64,000 nucleotides of DNA from Tubulanus polymorphus (GCF_964204645.1 NC_134026.1:10501950-10565949); one strand, 5' to 3'; positions 26,668 to 39,730 are shown, counted from the stretch's first letter. Made by a program: numbers and translations. Notes: generated by a model from the letters alone, not told the origin.

Positions 26668-27047
26668 CACGCCCTACTTTCTCGACCCCGCCAAAACAAA
26701 ACTTAAAGCGAGAAAACAAACTTTATAGCGAGAAAACAAATATTTCGGGCGAGAAAACAAATATTTCAGGCGAGAAAACAAATATTTCGGGCGAGAAAAC
26801 AAAATGATTTTTTTTATCGCGCTAAATATTTGTTTTCTCGCGCTAATATTTGTTTTGGCGACCCCGCCAAAACAAAAGTTTGTTTTCTCACCCCGCCAAA
26901 ACAAATATTAGCGCGAGAAAACAAATATTTAGCCTGAGAAAACAAAATAACTTGTTTTCTTGCGCTAAATATTTGTTTTCTCGCGTTAATATTTGTTTTC
27001 TTGCTATAAAGTTTGTTTTGAGATTTTGCCCGAATCAGCCACCATAC
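26668..27047. repeat. Fold-back array of 21-bp repeats with right TIR
   Basis: Direct and inverted GCGAGAAAACAAATATTTCGG units; ends CGAATCAGCCACCATAC, the exact reverse complement of 22544-22560. Confidence 0.85.
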
Positions 27048-27525
27048 TAATGCGTACTTGTACTGTGCTTTTAACTACTTCACCTCTCTAACTACTTCAC
27101 CTTGTCTAGACCTTTGACCTCTCACATCAATCATCTAGGTATATCTACCCCATGTTATACACGGTAATAAATGAATATATTTAAGGGGCTTGCCCCATAT
27201 TATATATTTATGATGCGGTAACCTCGAATATATTTTTTTCTGATCCAGATACACATGCTTTCTAATGCACCTTTTCTTGAAATAACTATTGGGTCAAGAT
27301 TTTGAAAATTTATGAAGCTCTATTAATTCTAAAATGTGTAGGAAGAGGCTCATATTTCTTTAATTAATTATACTCCATGTACTTTGTATTGTATCAATGT
27401 TTACATACAGGTATTATGATTCCTAAAAATCAAAATGACCCCGTTTATCTCTCGGTTCAAGGCTCTCCGAGTAAGAATGTGGTGTGGTCGGCATGCGTGT
27501 TCTTATAAGTTTCTTTCCTTTTCAG

Positions 27526-28266
27526 TTATAAACTAGCAAATTTTCGCCAATCGTCCAATTATCGGAAGTACAATAAAATTGTTACGGCAGTACTACATGG
27601 CCTTCCTAAATTTGTCATCAAGCATTGCATGGAGAAATTGGAATCTGCATCAGATATTGGAAGGTAATTTTGGTTCACAAAATTTTATCTAGTGACATTG
27701 AAAAGTAGCGGTAAATTATTTACCAGTCGTTTACTATTCATTGTTGCAATTTATATTTTGAGAGAATCGATCAAAGAGAGTGGAGACAAACTTTCATTTG
27801 ATGTTAAGTCACAATCAGGAAATAAGGACTATCACGTGAGTCTTGGAAAAGCTGATGGCAGTTTACCATTTTGCTCATGTTATGATTGGGCACATGCTGG
27901 TTTGCCCTGAAAACACATTTGCGCGGTGTTATCGTATAAGACCTGCCGGATTCTTATTGGAAAAGTCCGTTTTTTGTGTTGGACCAAGACATTGTTGGAT
28001 CGCAAGAACATGAATCTTCAAATGAAATTGTCGATTGTGAAATACATGTTGAAAGTGAAACAGCAGACCCAGTTATCTCTGATGATTGTCTAGCTGAAGA
28101 CCAACATTCAGAAATAAAGGAACTACCTGCTCCTAATAGATACAGCCGAAATTTAGGCTCACTCTGTCGTGAGATCTTAAAACATTTGCACGCAATGACC
28201 TATTTAGTCGAACACTCGTCTACTTCAATGCAAGAACTAAAAAAAAGATTTGGACTTGGTTCTTAA
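27526..28266 (+). pseudogene. Mutator/MULE-type transposase C-terminal region with SWIM finger
   Basis: YRKYN...HGLPKFVIKHC exon; FDVKSQS...YHVSLG...PFCSCYDWAHAGLP*KHICAV (Cys codon mutated to stop). Confidence 0.65.
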
Positions 28267-28278
28267 CAAGTTTCAAAA

Positions 28279-29475
28279 ATGTGTTTGAAAGAAGACTGTA
28301 TTAATGTTTTACCGGAACCAAAGAAAAAACAAGAATCCAAAACTAGTGAAAAGTCTGTCGATTTATGTGACATACGTAGTTTACCAAAACGGAACAAGCG
28401 TAAACATCCATTTTCTGGTCGCCATGGTAAAACCGCTGAGACCATAAAAAAGATGTTCCTCACTAAACTGATTATTGAAGAAATGAGTTCCGAAACAGAG
28501 TTAAAAAAGACTAAAGTTAAAACGGTAGCTGTTAAACCATCACAAAAAACTTCTAAACATTCTCAACCAAACTGCATTATACAAGATCGATCAACTTCTG
28601 GTAAAAATGAGCCTGTTCCGTCAACTTCAAAATATGGTAAAAATGAGCCTGTTCCATCAACATCAAAACTGAATGTGCATGACATAGATACATGCATTAC
28701 GGCAGTAACTCAGTCAAAGCCAAATAAGCGAAAAAAGAGAAAACTTAGTCAAGAAGAAGTAAAGATCATTGAAAATTGCCAGTGGCTGAGCGATGAATCG
28801 ATCAACTTATCTCAAAATATTTTGTTCGAGCAGTTTAAACATTTTGAGATAGAAGGACTCGAAGACACAACCCTCGGTCCAAATCTGTCTTTCTTGGTTG
28901 CAAGAGGGAATTTCGTACAGATCCTGAATTCCCAGAATCAACATTGGGTAGTTATATCAAATATTGGGTGCCATTATGAAGAGGTGAAGTATTACGATAC
29001 TTTGTTTAGTGGATCATTACCTAATGATATACAGAAGCAAATTGCTTCAATTTTATTCTGTGAAGACCGCGAAAATATATCTGTACTTGTGCAGCCTGTT
29101 CAAAGACAAGCTAATGGTAGAGACTGTGAAGTATTGGCTATAGCGATAGCAACATCTCTGTTATTATCGACTAATCCATGTGAGATAGTCTACGATAAAT
29201 CAAAACACCGACACCATTTATTAGAGTGTTTGAAAGCGGGTAAGATCTCAGAGTTCCCAGTCGTTCCGAATAGAACTGTGCGTATCAAGTCGGATATCAT
29301 ACGGATGATATTATACTGCTTTTGTCCTCTTCCTTGGCATGTTAATGATGATGAGGACCCACATTTATATATGGCAGAATGCGAGCGTTGCGGCAAGTGG
29401 TTTCATCGTAAATGTGCTAATGTTCCATATGCTGTTTTTGTTAGTGGTAACTTTTGGGCCTGTCCCAAGTGTTAA
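28279..29475 (+). CDS. Ulp1/SENP-like (C48) cysteine protease + PHD finger; C-terminal module of the preceding element
   Basis: 398-aa ORF: WLSDESIN, QHWVVI (His), YYDTL (Asp), QRQANGRDC (Gln/Cys); PHD YCFC...CERCGKWFHRKC...WACPKC. Confidence 0.8.
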   Translation: MCLKEDCINVLPEPKKKQESKTSEKSVDLCDIRSLPKRNKRKHPFSGRHGKTAETIKKMFLTKLIIEEMSSETELKKTKVKTVAVKPSQKTSKHSQPNCIIQDRSTSGKNEPVPSTSKYGKNEPVPSTSKLNVHDIDTCITAVTQSKPNKRKKRKLSQEEVKIIENCQWLSDESINLSQNILFEQFKHFEIEGLEDTTLGPNLSFLVARGNFVQILNSQNQHWVVISNIGCHYEEVKYYDTLFSGSLPNDIQKQIASILFCEDRENISVLVQPVQRQANGRDCEVLAIAIATSLLLSTNPCEIVYDKSKHRHHLLECLKAGKISEFPVVPNRTVRIKSDIIRMILYCFCPLPWHVNDDEDPHLYMAECERCGKWFHRKCANVPYAVFVSGNFWACPKC

Positions 29476-29781
29476 CGATAGATATTTGTATGTGTACATA
29501 TGACATTGATTGACAACAAGGACACCTCTGCGTCACGATTAGTCAGTAGTAAACATTAGTCAGTAGTAAACCGATGTATATTTCTGACTGATCATTCCGA
29601 AGAACCGAGTCATGTAACTATGACGTATGATCCAAGTTTATACACAAAAGCTAAGAGGGGGCATCCCCATGCATGGAATTATAGCTTTTAAAATTGTGTG
29701 TTGATTCTGCGATTTTCAGACATAGACCAATGTGGTGTTTAATTGGATTAAGCGATTTTTGGTGACGTTGCCAAATTCATA

Positions 29782-30286
29782 TTTAGGGTTTTCTGACTTT
29801 CGTCGAAAACCCTCTTGAAATTCTGTTGATTATTACTATTATATATTTTCCGCCGATTTCGTCAAATAAAATTCATCTTCATTCAGATTCGGCAACTGAC
29901 AGCTTCGAAACGAAATGTATAAATTGATACTGTAATAACGGTCTCTCTGAACCAACAGATGTCTGAATGTACTTTCCATCCTATTTGAAACTTAAAATTA
30001 CTTATTAGGTTACTGTAAATAAAGAATTGAATTGAATTGTTAGACAACAAGCACCGGCGAAATAACAGTTTGTGACGTCATTTAGTAAGTAAATAAAGGA
30101 GGGCTCCAAGAATTTCCAAATCACGGGGGACTATACTGGGGTTAGACCATTCAACCAAAAAGAGGATTGCTCCGATAATATCCAAATCATCTCATTTTAT
30201 TTTTTCCATCGAATACCCGGTAATTAATTTTTCCTTTCGATCACATGCATCCATGAAACCCATTATCGCTGCTTTGCAGCTATATT
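29782..30286 (+). mobile_element. Short Helentron-associated non-autonomous element
   Basis: 5' TTAGGGTTTTC..GAAAACCCT hairpin; 3' GAAACCCATTATCGCTGCTTTGCAGCTATATTT, the same end as at ~36220-36251. Confidence 0.6.
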
Positions 30287-33011
30287 TCTTATTATAATTC
30301 CACTGAAAATCGCAGAATCTACTCAGAGTAACATCTAGGTTCGTATGATTTCATTAAATAGAAAATAAAATTCATGGCATGACCAAATTTGACCACTGGT
30401 TCCCGGGATCCCCCCTTTGACTAATTACTGTTTGAGGTTTTCAGTTCAAATGTGATCCATTTAAAATTTTGTTTGATACACATCATATACCGGTTCAAGA
30501 GAAGCTAATTATCCGAAATATAATATTACATAATCGTTAATTCTAATCATTAAGCTCTAATATCTCGTAAAAATCATCAGGACTCTGAGCACCAACTTAA
30601 TGAAATAAAATGTATTTTGAATTGGATTGAAAAATAATAGCCATGTGCTTTTTGTATATTTACATCACTCTTTGTTTACTTCCTGAATAATTAAACGCAT
30701 GAGCAGAATGAAACCTGGAAATGGTTGTGAGAAAAAATCGTTTTCCCACAGAAGTAAATTTTCGCATTTTGAAACCACATTTTCGTCAGATATCTTGATG
30801 CAACGTTACCTCACGCACGGGATATCAAAACTAGATGAATCATTGAACACATCGCACACGATAAATCATTTAAGTCATACGCCTTGAATATCAGTATTTG
30901 CGCTAGAAATGATGAATATTCAATCATGCCACCATTTTGTTTGTGAAATAACGCGCACCAGCTGATCCACCTCGTTCAATGTTATGACGTCATGATGGAA
31001 GTCAAAACCGGGTCAACACAAATTATACATAACCGAGATTTTAGGGGGTTTCGTCTTTGAAAGCCCATAACTACCGAACAAAGTGTTGGATCTTGGCAAT
31101 ATAAAGTTCTTCCGACGCAAATAGCATTGAATTTTCACGTATGTTATTTTGGACAGTTAAAGATGCTGCATGAAAAAACGTGCTCAAATAAATTGAATTT
31201 TTGAAACTTTTTGGTAAATTTCTCAAAAACTATGAACCCCACGGATTTCAACTTTGCGCACCGTAAAGAAAGACCAATTACGAAATATATTTTTGCTTAA
31301 TCTGTTCAATTCACCTATTAGTAGTGAAATTACAGGCTACTGAAATTGCGATTGAGAGTGCTAAAAATAGCTTTGAGTGTAGTGTATTTAGCATGCGAAT
31401 GATTATCAATTGGCCAGATTGTTGACAAAGGCGAGCCAAAAACCGCCAACACCTTACAAAAAAAGCTGTCCGAGCCATTGATGGAGCAAATTCAATGCAC
31501 CATCATCCCCCTCTCTCGTAAATACAAGATTTTGAAATTTGAAGACATGATAACACTTGAACTCCTCAAATTAGGGTGTGGTTTTGCTAAAAAAACTCTT
31601 CCCAAGCCCATCTTAGCTCTTTTCAACACAAATTCAAAAACCTAGTCACAATAATAATACAAGAAGTAGACATTACCCAAGAATTCATCCACACAAATTG
31701 CATATTTTTAACCAATCATTTCTCACCAGAGTGCATCTGTTATGGCAGATTCAACCATCAAGTCTGCGCCATCATTGCATTCTTTAATCAGGTTCAAAAT
31801 TCAGGCGATTACAAAATATTAATTTTTTCACAAGGACAAGCTAAATATCCGTTGTAATTTATCCGTCATATTTAATTATGATTTATTTATATCACTATTT
31901 GATTTTTTCGTTCTCTTTTCTTTTATTGGTTTCTCATGAAGTTATTTATATTACTGATATTCTCTGAGGTCTTTTGTCCATTCTATTACAGTAATACTTT
32001 ATTATTATTATCATGATTATTATTATAATTATTAGGGTTTCTACTGCTTTCGCAGAAACCCTCTTGTAATTCTGTTGATTATTAGGGTTTTCTGTTATTT
32101 CACAGAAAACCCTATTGATATCCGCGTGATTATTATTATTATTTTCTTCCACACTATTTTTACTAAAAGAACAAAGGCTTTGTTACCGTGCCGCTGTTGT
32201 CGATACAATCCGTCTGATATCATTCTGCTCACTTCGATCTACAAATACCCCGTGCGTATTTTGAAGAATCATCGTCGGCACTGTCGGGCCGTAAACATCG
32301 AAAATTGAGCCCCATTCAAAGAGCCGACATGTTTTTCTAAGTCCTCTTTCCGAAATCTACCGCACGCTTCTTGTCACATCAATTATCAATTCAAGCATAA
32401 ATTAACAAATTTATTACCCAAAGATTGCACATTCTGTCGCGGTTTTTAAAAACTAATTTTTAACAATAGCCCATTTTCCTCATCAAATCGTATTACCGAT
32501 ATAAAGGAAATTTACTACTTGAGATTTCAAAAGCACTGTCGAGCCGTAAACATCAACGAATCGACGTGTGTTACTACATCGTCGTTCCGGGGATCAGCTG
32601 CGAGTTTCACCTCATCATGAGAATCAAATCGAGTACAAATTAATTTATTACTACATGTGATTTGACTGCGGGTGTCAAGCAGTTAGTTTAGCAATACCTA
32701 TTTTTCTTTATCAAATTAACCGTGTATTTACTAAGATAAATCATAAGTGTACCGGGGAGTCGTAGGCCTAAACGAAACACGCCGAAGAGATATAGCGGAG
32801 AAAAGCTGTTATGTCGACGAGGTATCAAAATAAAAGAATATATTACTTTATTCGGCCGCGGGCTTCAACCTCTATATCAATACCATCAATACTCTATATT
32901 TCCTACAGTACATACCGATCATTGTCAAATGCACAAGGTATTTACTAAATACAAGTATACAACACAATCCTTTCTGTATGCTGGACTCACACTTGACATT
33001 CGGAGTAAGCC

Positions 33012-33350
33012 TTCGCTGTGGGGGAAAGGGATCGTTCGCTGTGTCGCTTGAAGTGTTTATCGAGTTTGACGCGGCTTTAGGCCTACCGGTACTGAGCTTT
33101 ACTGTCTCAAACAAACACAGAATAATTGTTGCGTTTATTAACGGACTCATTGGATTGATCTTCAAAACAAAATTTACGATATTTAGGTGGGTTGTTATTC
33201 AATAGGCTTACGACCAATCTGTCCGGATGTTAGGCCTACGCATATACATAGGCCTACATAGGCTAGTAGCCTCTACTAGGTTAAGCGTTCGCTGTGGGGG
33301 AAAGGAGATCGTTCGCTGTGTCGCTTGAAGTGTTTATCGAGTTTTACGCG
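33012..33350 (+). repeat. ~63-bp direct repeat pair
   Basis: TTCGCTGTGGGGGAAAGG..ATCGTTCGCTGTGTCGCTTGAAGTGTTTATCGAGTTT at 33012 and 33288. Confidence 0.85.
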
Positions 33351-33468
33351 ACCTTAAGGCTTTAGTATGGTGGCTGATAAGGGCCATGCGTAAAAAAAAC
33401 ACGTATATGCAAATGAGGGCGACATTATGACAAAACGACAAAACTAAAATAACGCAACAAAAAAATAA

Positions 33469-34727
33469 TTTTGGTTTTGTCGCCCGCGACAATTCATTAT
33501 TTTTGTTTTATCGCCCGCGACAATTCATTATTTTGGTTTTATCGCCCGTGACAATTCATTAATTTGGTTTTGTCACCCGCGACAAATCAGTATTTTGGTT
33601 TTGTCGCCCACGACAATTCAATATTTTGGTTTTATGGCCCGCGACAATTCATTATTTTGGTTTTATCGCCTGCGACAATTTTTTTTTTGTTGCGGTTTTA
33701 TCGCCTGCGACAATTCAATATTTTGGTTTTATCGCCAGCGACAATTCATTATTTTGGTTTTATCGCCCGCGAAAATTCATTAGTTTGGTTTTGTCGCCCG
33801 CGACAATTCAATATTTTGGTTATGTCGCCCGCGACAATTCAAGATTTTGGTTTTATCCAGACCTGCCAACATTGAATTTTTCAAGATAGTAACATTTTTC
33901 AAATTTGCCAGTATTTTTTAGATTTTGCCAGTGACCCACTAGACTTGATGTGACCTTTGCCAGTAACATTTTCAATATGGCCAGTAACGAATTTTCGGAT
34001 TAAAATCAGAATATAGAATATTAAAACTACTAAAGAAATTAATTTCAAAAAATGCATTTATGTTTTCTACTGCCTGTTACCGCAGTATCAGTTTCAGATT
34101 CTGACTCCGAAGAAGACGGAGAACCCTCCGAATTTTCCAGATTTGACAAAACGTCGTGAACTTCGTCCGCCATTTGCAACATTCATGACAATTTGAGCGA
34201 TGAAAATTACTCTTTGTAACCGAAAATTCGCTAGACTGGTTCCCGGTATTACTCGTTGTAACCGAAAATTTGCTAGACTGGTTCCCGGCTGTATGGAAAC
34301 TTCGTGACAATTACTCAAATAAAAACCAAATTTCCCCGTAATAAATGTTAATAAACCATTAAAATACCGATTATGTACTGCAAAATTACCTTTATTGACA
34401 TAATATAAGATTTTTATTGAGGCCGTATTTATTTGCTCATTCGCGTAACATCAGAACGATATCGGAAAAAAGCGTATTCCATTGCCTGTGCCAGTAACGC
34501 CGTATTACCGCGGGTAGCACCGGAACGGAATACGGCAAAAACGTAACGGTTGGCAGGTGTGTTTATCGCCCGCAACAATTCATTTTTTTTGTTTTGTCGC
34601 CCGCGAAAATTCAATATTTTGGTTTTATCGCCAGCGACAATTGATTATTTTGGTTTTATCGCCCGCGACAATTGATTATTTTGGTTTTATCGCCTGCGAC
34701 AATTAATTTTTTTGGTTTTGTCGCCCA
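33469..34727. repeat. 31-bp minisatellite (about 17 units in two blocks) of a TIR element starting at 33365
   Basis: Consensus TTTTGGTTTTATCGCCCGCGACAATTCATTA, head-to-tail at 33469-33857 and 34562-34727. Confidence 0.92.
33858..34561. mobile_element. 704-bp non-autonomous TIR element (hAT-like MITE) with 6-bp TSD
   Basis: TIR CAGACCTGCCAAC / GTTGGCAGGTGTG (1 mismatch); TTTATC duplicated at 33852-33857 and 34562-34567; internal ~43-bp tandem repeat at ~34207-34288. Confidence 0.8.
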
Positions 34728-34930
34728 CTTTAAAAGCTTTGGAATAATTAGGCCAATTAATAACGTAATAAAGACTTATGCTTTCGCCTATTTTGAAGTC
34801 GATTAATCTGATATAGTGTCGAATATTAAGGTCATTTTGGCAGATTCTTTTTTTTTAAAGTGATATTAAAGCGATCATTCAAGTGATCCTACTTAATGAA
34901 AGATCACATATTATTTCTTTTTCTAAAGAT

Positions 34931-35363
34931 GTACGGAAGCTTATATGTCAAAAGCCATAAAGGGCCTAGAGTTGTCGCGTTCCAACTCGACAAGTCGCTA
35001 TATTTATGTCGACATATCGCGATATATCGCGTCAAGTCGACATGAATATGTCGACATATCGTGACGTTTTCACGACAAATTTCGCATTTCGCCCATTTTC
35101 CATGGGACAAGTCGTCATTTGAAGACACGTCGAAATGTAAGATGAGGACGCCAGTTATATGGCGACTGAGTTTCAAGTCGTCATGAATATGTCGAATTGT
35201 TGCGAGGAAAATGGTTGAGAAAACGAAATATGTCGTCAAAACGTCACAATATGTTGACATATTCATGTCGACTTGAAGCAATATATCGCGATATGTCGAC
35301 ATAAATATGGCGACTTTGTCGAGTTGGAACGCGACAACTCGAGGCCCTTTATCGCTTCCGTAC
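34931..35363. mobile_element. Palindromic MITE
   Basis: GTACGGAAGC...GCTTCCGTAC termini and >100-bp imperfect inverted arms (ATAAAGGGCCT.GAGTTGTCGCGTTCCAACTCGACAA...). Confidence 0.75.
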
Positions 35364-38300
35364 TTCCGTATATATGGGACCCGTACAAAACCGTCGCGAC
35401 CTTTTATCATGACGAAATTATGTCGAACAAACGTGATATATCACGATTTATCGACATAATTAAGTCGATATATCGTGTTAATATCACGATAAATCGTTAT
35501 ACGGATCACGCCTTTCACCAATGTCGACGTCTGTATCTCAACATAACCGCGTACCGTCGACATAATTATCACTCCTTTAGCTAAAATGTCGTGATACGTA
35601 TGGCAATTTATTGAGACAATATCGCAAAAAGTCGACATAAAAATCACGACATTTTAAATAAGGTCTTCCTAGTTACATCGATATATTGAGATAACCTAAT
35701 TTCAATAAGGGGACGCATACTTAATGATGTTTAATGTTAAATGAATATGAAAGAAGAAATAAAGTTGGCAGAAAAATTAAAATGACTTTATCATCACCAG
35801 AATCTGGTGGACATATTGAATGTTGGGGTTCAAGTAGAATGACCCCAAATGCTGGGGCACAATAATAGTGTTCGGAATATGGTCGATGAACTAAATAGGT
35901 CATTCGCATCAATACTTTGTCACAATTGATTTGCGGTATATTTTGGATTACTGTGTATGTCATTTGTCAGGACATTAAACAGTAGACGACTTAGGATACT
36001 ACCTAGCGTGACTCCACTAGTTAGACCGACTTATTCCAAGATGAGGCGTTCCGTTGATTTTGGCTATAAGTTTTCGTTCAGAGATAACTGCTGAGCCATT
36101 TGGGCGACCTATCATTGATACTGTTTCCTAATAGCCTGTTTAGTTAGTAATGGCTGATGTTGTGCCTTATCAAATGCTTTGTCGAGATCCACCGATGAAC
36201 AGGATTCTAAGACAGCAGAAAACCCGTTATCGCTGCTTTGCAGCTATATTTATTATTATTATTATAAATCTTCCACTTTCCAGCCAAAAATTCTTCATAA
36301 AATGTAACTCCTCTCAGATTCGACTACTAACAGCTAATAAGCATAATTTTAAATTATAAAAGTAATATAACTCAGCGCCTGAGCATTTCGAATTTGCATA
36401 TTGTAATTAATTATGAATAAATTCCGCGTAATTATTGGGTCTAAAGAGCATGAGAATGTCGCAAGCATCATCATCCATTGATAAATCTTGGAGTAATCAT
36501 TTGACTGGAGAGAGCTTGCCTAATCATTCGCTATACGCACTGTGGTCTATTCATGTAGCACCACTCACCGATCTCACTCGTAGCAACGGCTCACCGCTGA
36601 CACCGCGTCGCTTTACGGGAAGCTTTACTACCAGTATGCGCAGACGGGCTTAATCGAATACGACCTATTTAACGCATGCGCAGTTGTTACAAACATGTCC
36701 GCACCGTTGTGAAGATTTTATTGGAAAAAGAATCGTCAAAATCGACAAATATTTAAGGAAATTACAGATTTTTACCATGCTTTTCACAAACAGTACTCAA
36801 TTGAATGTAAGTGAAAAAGAATTCTTCATCAAATTAAAACCCGATTCTTCCGGATAATGGCACATACATCATATTAGAGATCGAGAGTTGATGATAATGA
36901 AATAGTAAATGTCTTTGTGTTGCACTTCGTCGCGAAATCAATATTTGTAATGAAAATTCCCTAGTTACTGTGGTGGTAATACAATATCCTCACTGATGAT
37001 AGACTTATCATTTCTGGCCATTGGCGTTGTTGCTTTGCCAGAATCATATTCAAAACCGTTTTATCAAGTTAATTATATTCCTAGTCTATTTGTACTCCCA
37101 CTCAACAACATATTATTTATTATTATTCACTTACTTTAACCTTTTTTTCAGTTAGACTTTTGTTCTGATTGCTTGTTTTGTTTGCATGCTAGTCTATCTT
37201 CAATTATTGCAAACATAGGCTTTACATCATACAATTAGAAAATAGATTTTTTTAATATGTGCTTTTATATTTTTGTAGAGGAACATTCATGCATAGCTTT
37301 GTTTTGTCGGATATGTGGCCAAACACGTGCACTGATCGCCGACAGAAAAAAACAAATAAACAAGGAAACTCATCAACGAGATATTAACCTGATATGGAAA
37401 ATTGATGTGAAAAACGATCCGTCCAGTTATCCTCCGTATTTATGTAAGTCTTGCGACTCAAAAATAAGGCGATGGCGGAAACGAAAAAATTCAAAAATAT
37501 GCTCAATAACGTCACCGTTGAAATTAACGACTGGGCCGATAATAATGTTACGTGTCGTAGCTGCATCCAAAATGTCGACAGTCTTTCCCAGGAATTTCCG
37601 GACAGTTTTGTGCAGAGATTTAGTGAACTAATTAACCCGAACCAATTTTTTGTCAACGTGTCCCAGGAAAAATTAGCGGCATCGCAAAATGTGAGCCTGA
37701 ACGATTTGTGTAAATATGTTTAGATAAACCGCCATTTTCAGACTGCAGTTTGGGTCTATGGTCACGAGATTAACCTCGAGAAGTTTCGAATTCCAAAATG
37801 TGTGTCGGCTGATGAAGATTTAATGTTATTTGTGAAACTTGTATCAAGCTGGAATGTACGCGCTGGAATTGCTGGATTTTCTGATCTATGTCGATTGCGT
37901 GCTCCGACTCCAACAGCTGTTTCTACAGATCGAAGTGGTGAGACAGTTGCCAGAGAAGAAGTTAATCCAGTGCAGTGTATTCGCCATGTCAACTGTGATT
38001 ATTTTTCCTTGAACTTATTGTGTGATGCCTGTGAAGGATAGAAGTCGACTCTGAGAAGTCTTAAATCTAAAGCTGAGAAGAAAGTTGAATCCAAACCGAC
38101 TGCATCATCTCATCATCGAAATGACTTAATGTCCAGAGCAGATTTATTGATGAAAATGAAAAATGTGCAACAAAATAGACAATTTTGGAAAAAAAGAGCA
38201 AAGTCATTATCAGAAAAAATTGAGCAGAAAATTGAAAACAAAGGAGTGAATTTGAAATCTAAATTAGGTAAGTCATTGAGCCAAGTCATCCAAGATAACC

Positions 38301-39730
38301 CTCCTACACCTGATTCAATCGCTGAATTACTCTGGCAACAGCAAGTGACATACAACAGCAAAAGCGAAAAAAGGCAGATGCGCTGGCACCGTTACTCATC
38401 AAATGGTGCATTGCTCTGCAAGCCACATCGAGCAAAGCGTATGATCTTCTCTGAGACTCAAAAATTCTCCATTTGCCACACAAAACAACCTTGAGAGACT
38501 ATACACATCACATTGATACGAAAATCGGATTTTCACAGCAAATCTTGGAATTCATAAAATCGGACATTTCTTTTGATCGCTTACTACCCTTTGAGAAGAA
38601 TGTGATCATTGCTTTTGATGAAATAAAAATCAAAGAAGGCCTAGCATATTCTTCCGAGACTGGAGAATTAGTCGGATTTGTGAATTTTGGAGACTATTTA
38701 AATGAAATCGAGGAGTTAGATTCCGAGAACACTTCACCTGCCCATGCAACGCATTGTATATCATTCATGGTTCGCAGTATTTTCAAACATTTTAATACTG
38801 TATTTGGATATTTCCCGTGTGTTGGGTTCACCAGTCACCAACAATACGTTTCAGTGTGGGAAGCCATAAAAATTCTGGAGATTAATGGCTTCCATGTAAG
38901 AGGCATTGTATCCGATGGAGCATCAGCTAATAGAAAATTCTATCGAATGCATGGTTCGGAAGAATCGCCTGAAAATGAAATATTCTTCTCGTCAAACCGA
39001 TATCGTCCGGGATCGAAAATATACTTTTTCTGTGATGTACCTCATTTAATGAAAACAATTCGAAATAATATAGAGAACTCGAATTGGCATAATAAGACAA
39101 GGAATTTAGAGGTAAAAATGAATGTAAAATATGTTGGCTTATCGATCTTCACATTCATATATTCATTTTTTTTCAATTATATTTTGGTACAGTTGAATGG
39201 TCTGCCTATTCAGTGGACTCAATTGATCAGATTGGTGGAAGAAGACTTGGGCATTCAAGTATTTAGAGATCAAAATGGTGATTTTCAGGAAAACAGAAAC
39301 AATGTTGGCCAGTTGAGGCTACTTCCACGGCTGACCAATGACCACTTACGTTTAACGCCAGGATCTCGTATGAATGTAAAGCTAGCAGCGCAGGTACAAA
39401 TTCTTAATGAAACTTATCTTATATTTCTTTATTTTATGATATACTACTAGTAAAACTCTCCACGATAAATTATGTTTTAGGTGCTCAGTGGCTCTGTTGC
39501 TTCAGCCCTAAAACTGAAGGGTGATCCTCGTCTCGAATCGACACGAAAATTAATAAAATACATGAATCGATTTTTTGATTGCTTGAATGTGTCAAATACT
39601 GTTGATAGTATTCGTCAACGCAATAAATATATTGCACCATTCACAAGAGAAAACCTGGACAGATTAGATGTAAGCATAATCTTGGAGTCAGTCGAGCATT
39701 CAGTTAATAAACTTGGTTGCTAAAGATTGC

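Larger units (their letters stand above)
32030..36251 (+). mobile_element. Two nested Helentron-associated elements carrying further insertions
   Basis: Tandem 5' ends TTAGGGTTTC..GAAACCCT (32032) and TTAGGGTTTTC..GAAAACCCT (32082); 3' end GAAAACCCGTTATCGCTGCTTTGCAGCTATATTT at ~36220-36251 followed by resumed (ATT)n. Confidence 0.55.

Noticed and set aside
26668-27047. CRISPR- or iteron-like 21-bp repeats
   Set aside because: Tandem and inverted units without spacers, ending in a transposon TIR
33469-34727. CRISPR-like array of 31-bp repeats
   Set aside because: Units are head-to-tail with no unique spacers, there are no cas genes, and the context is eukaryotic and intron-rich; it is a minisatellite
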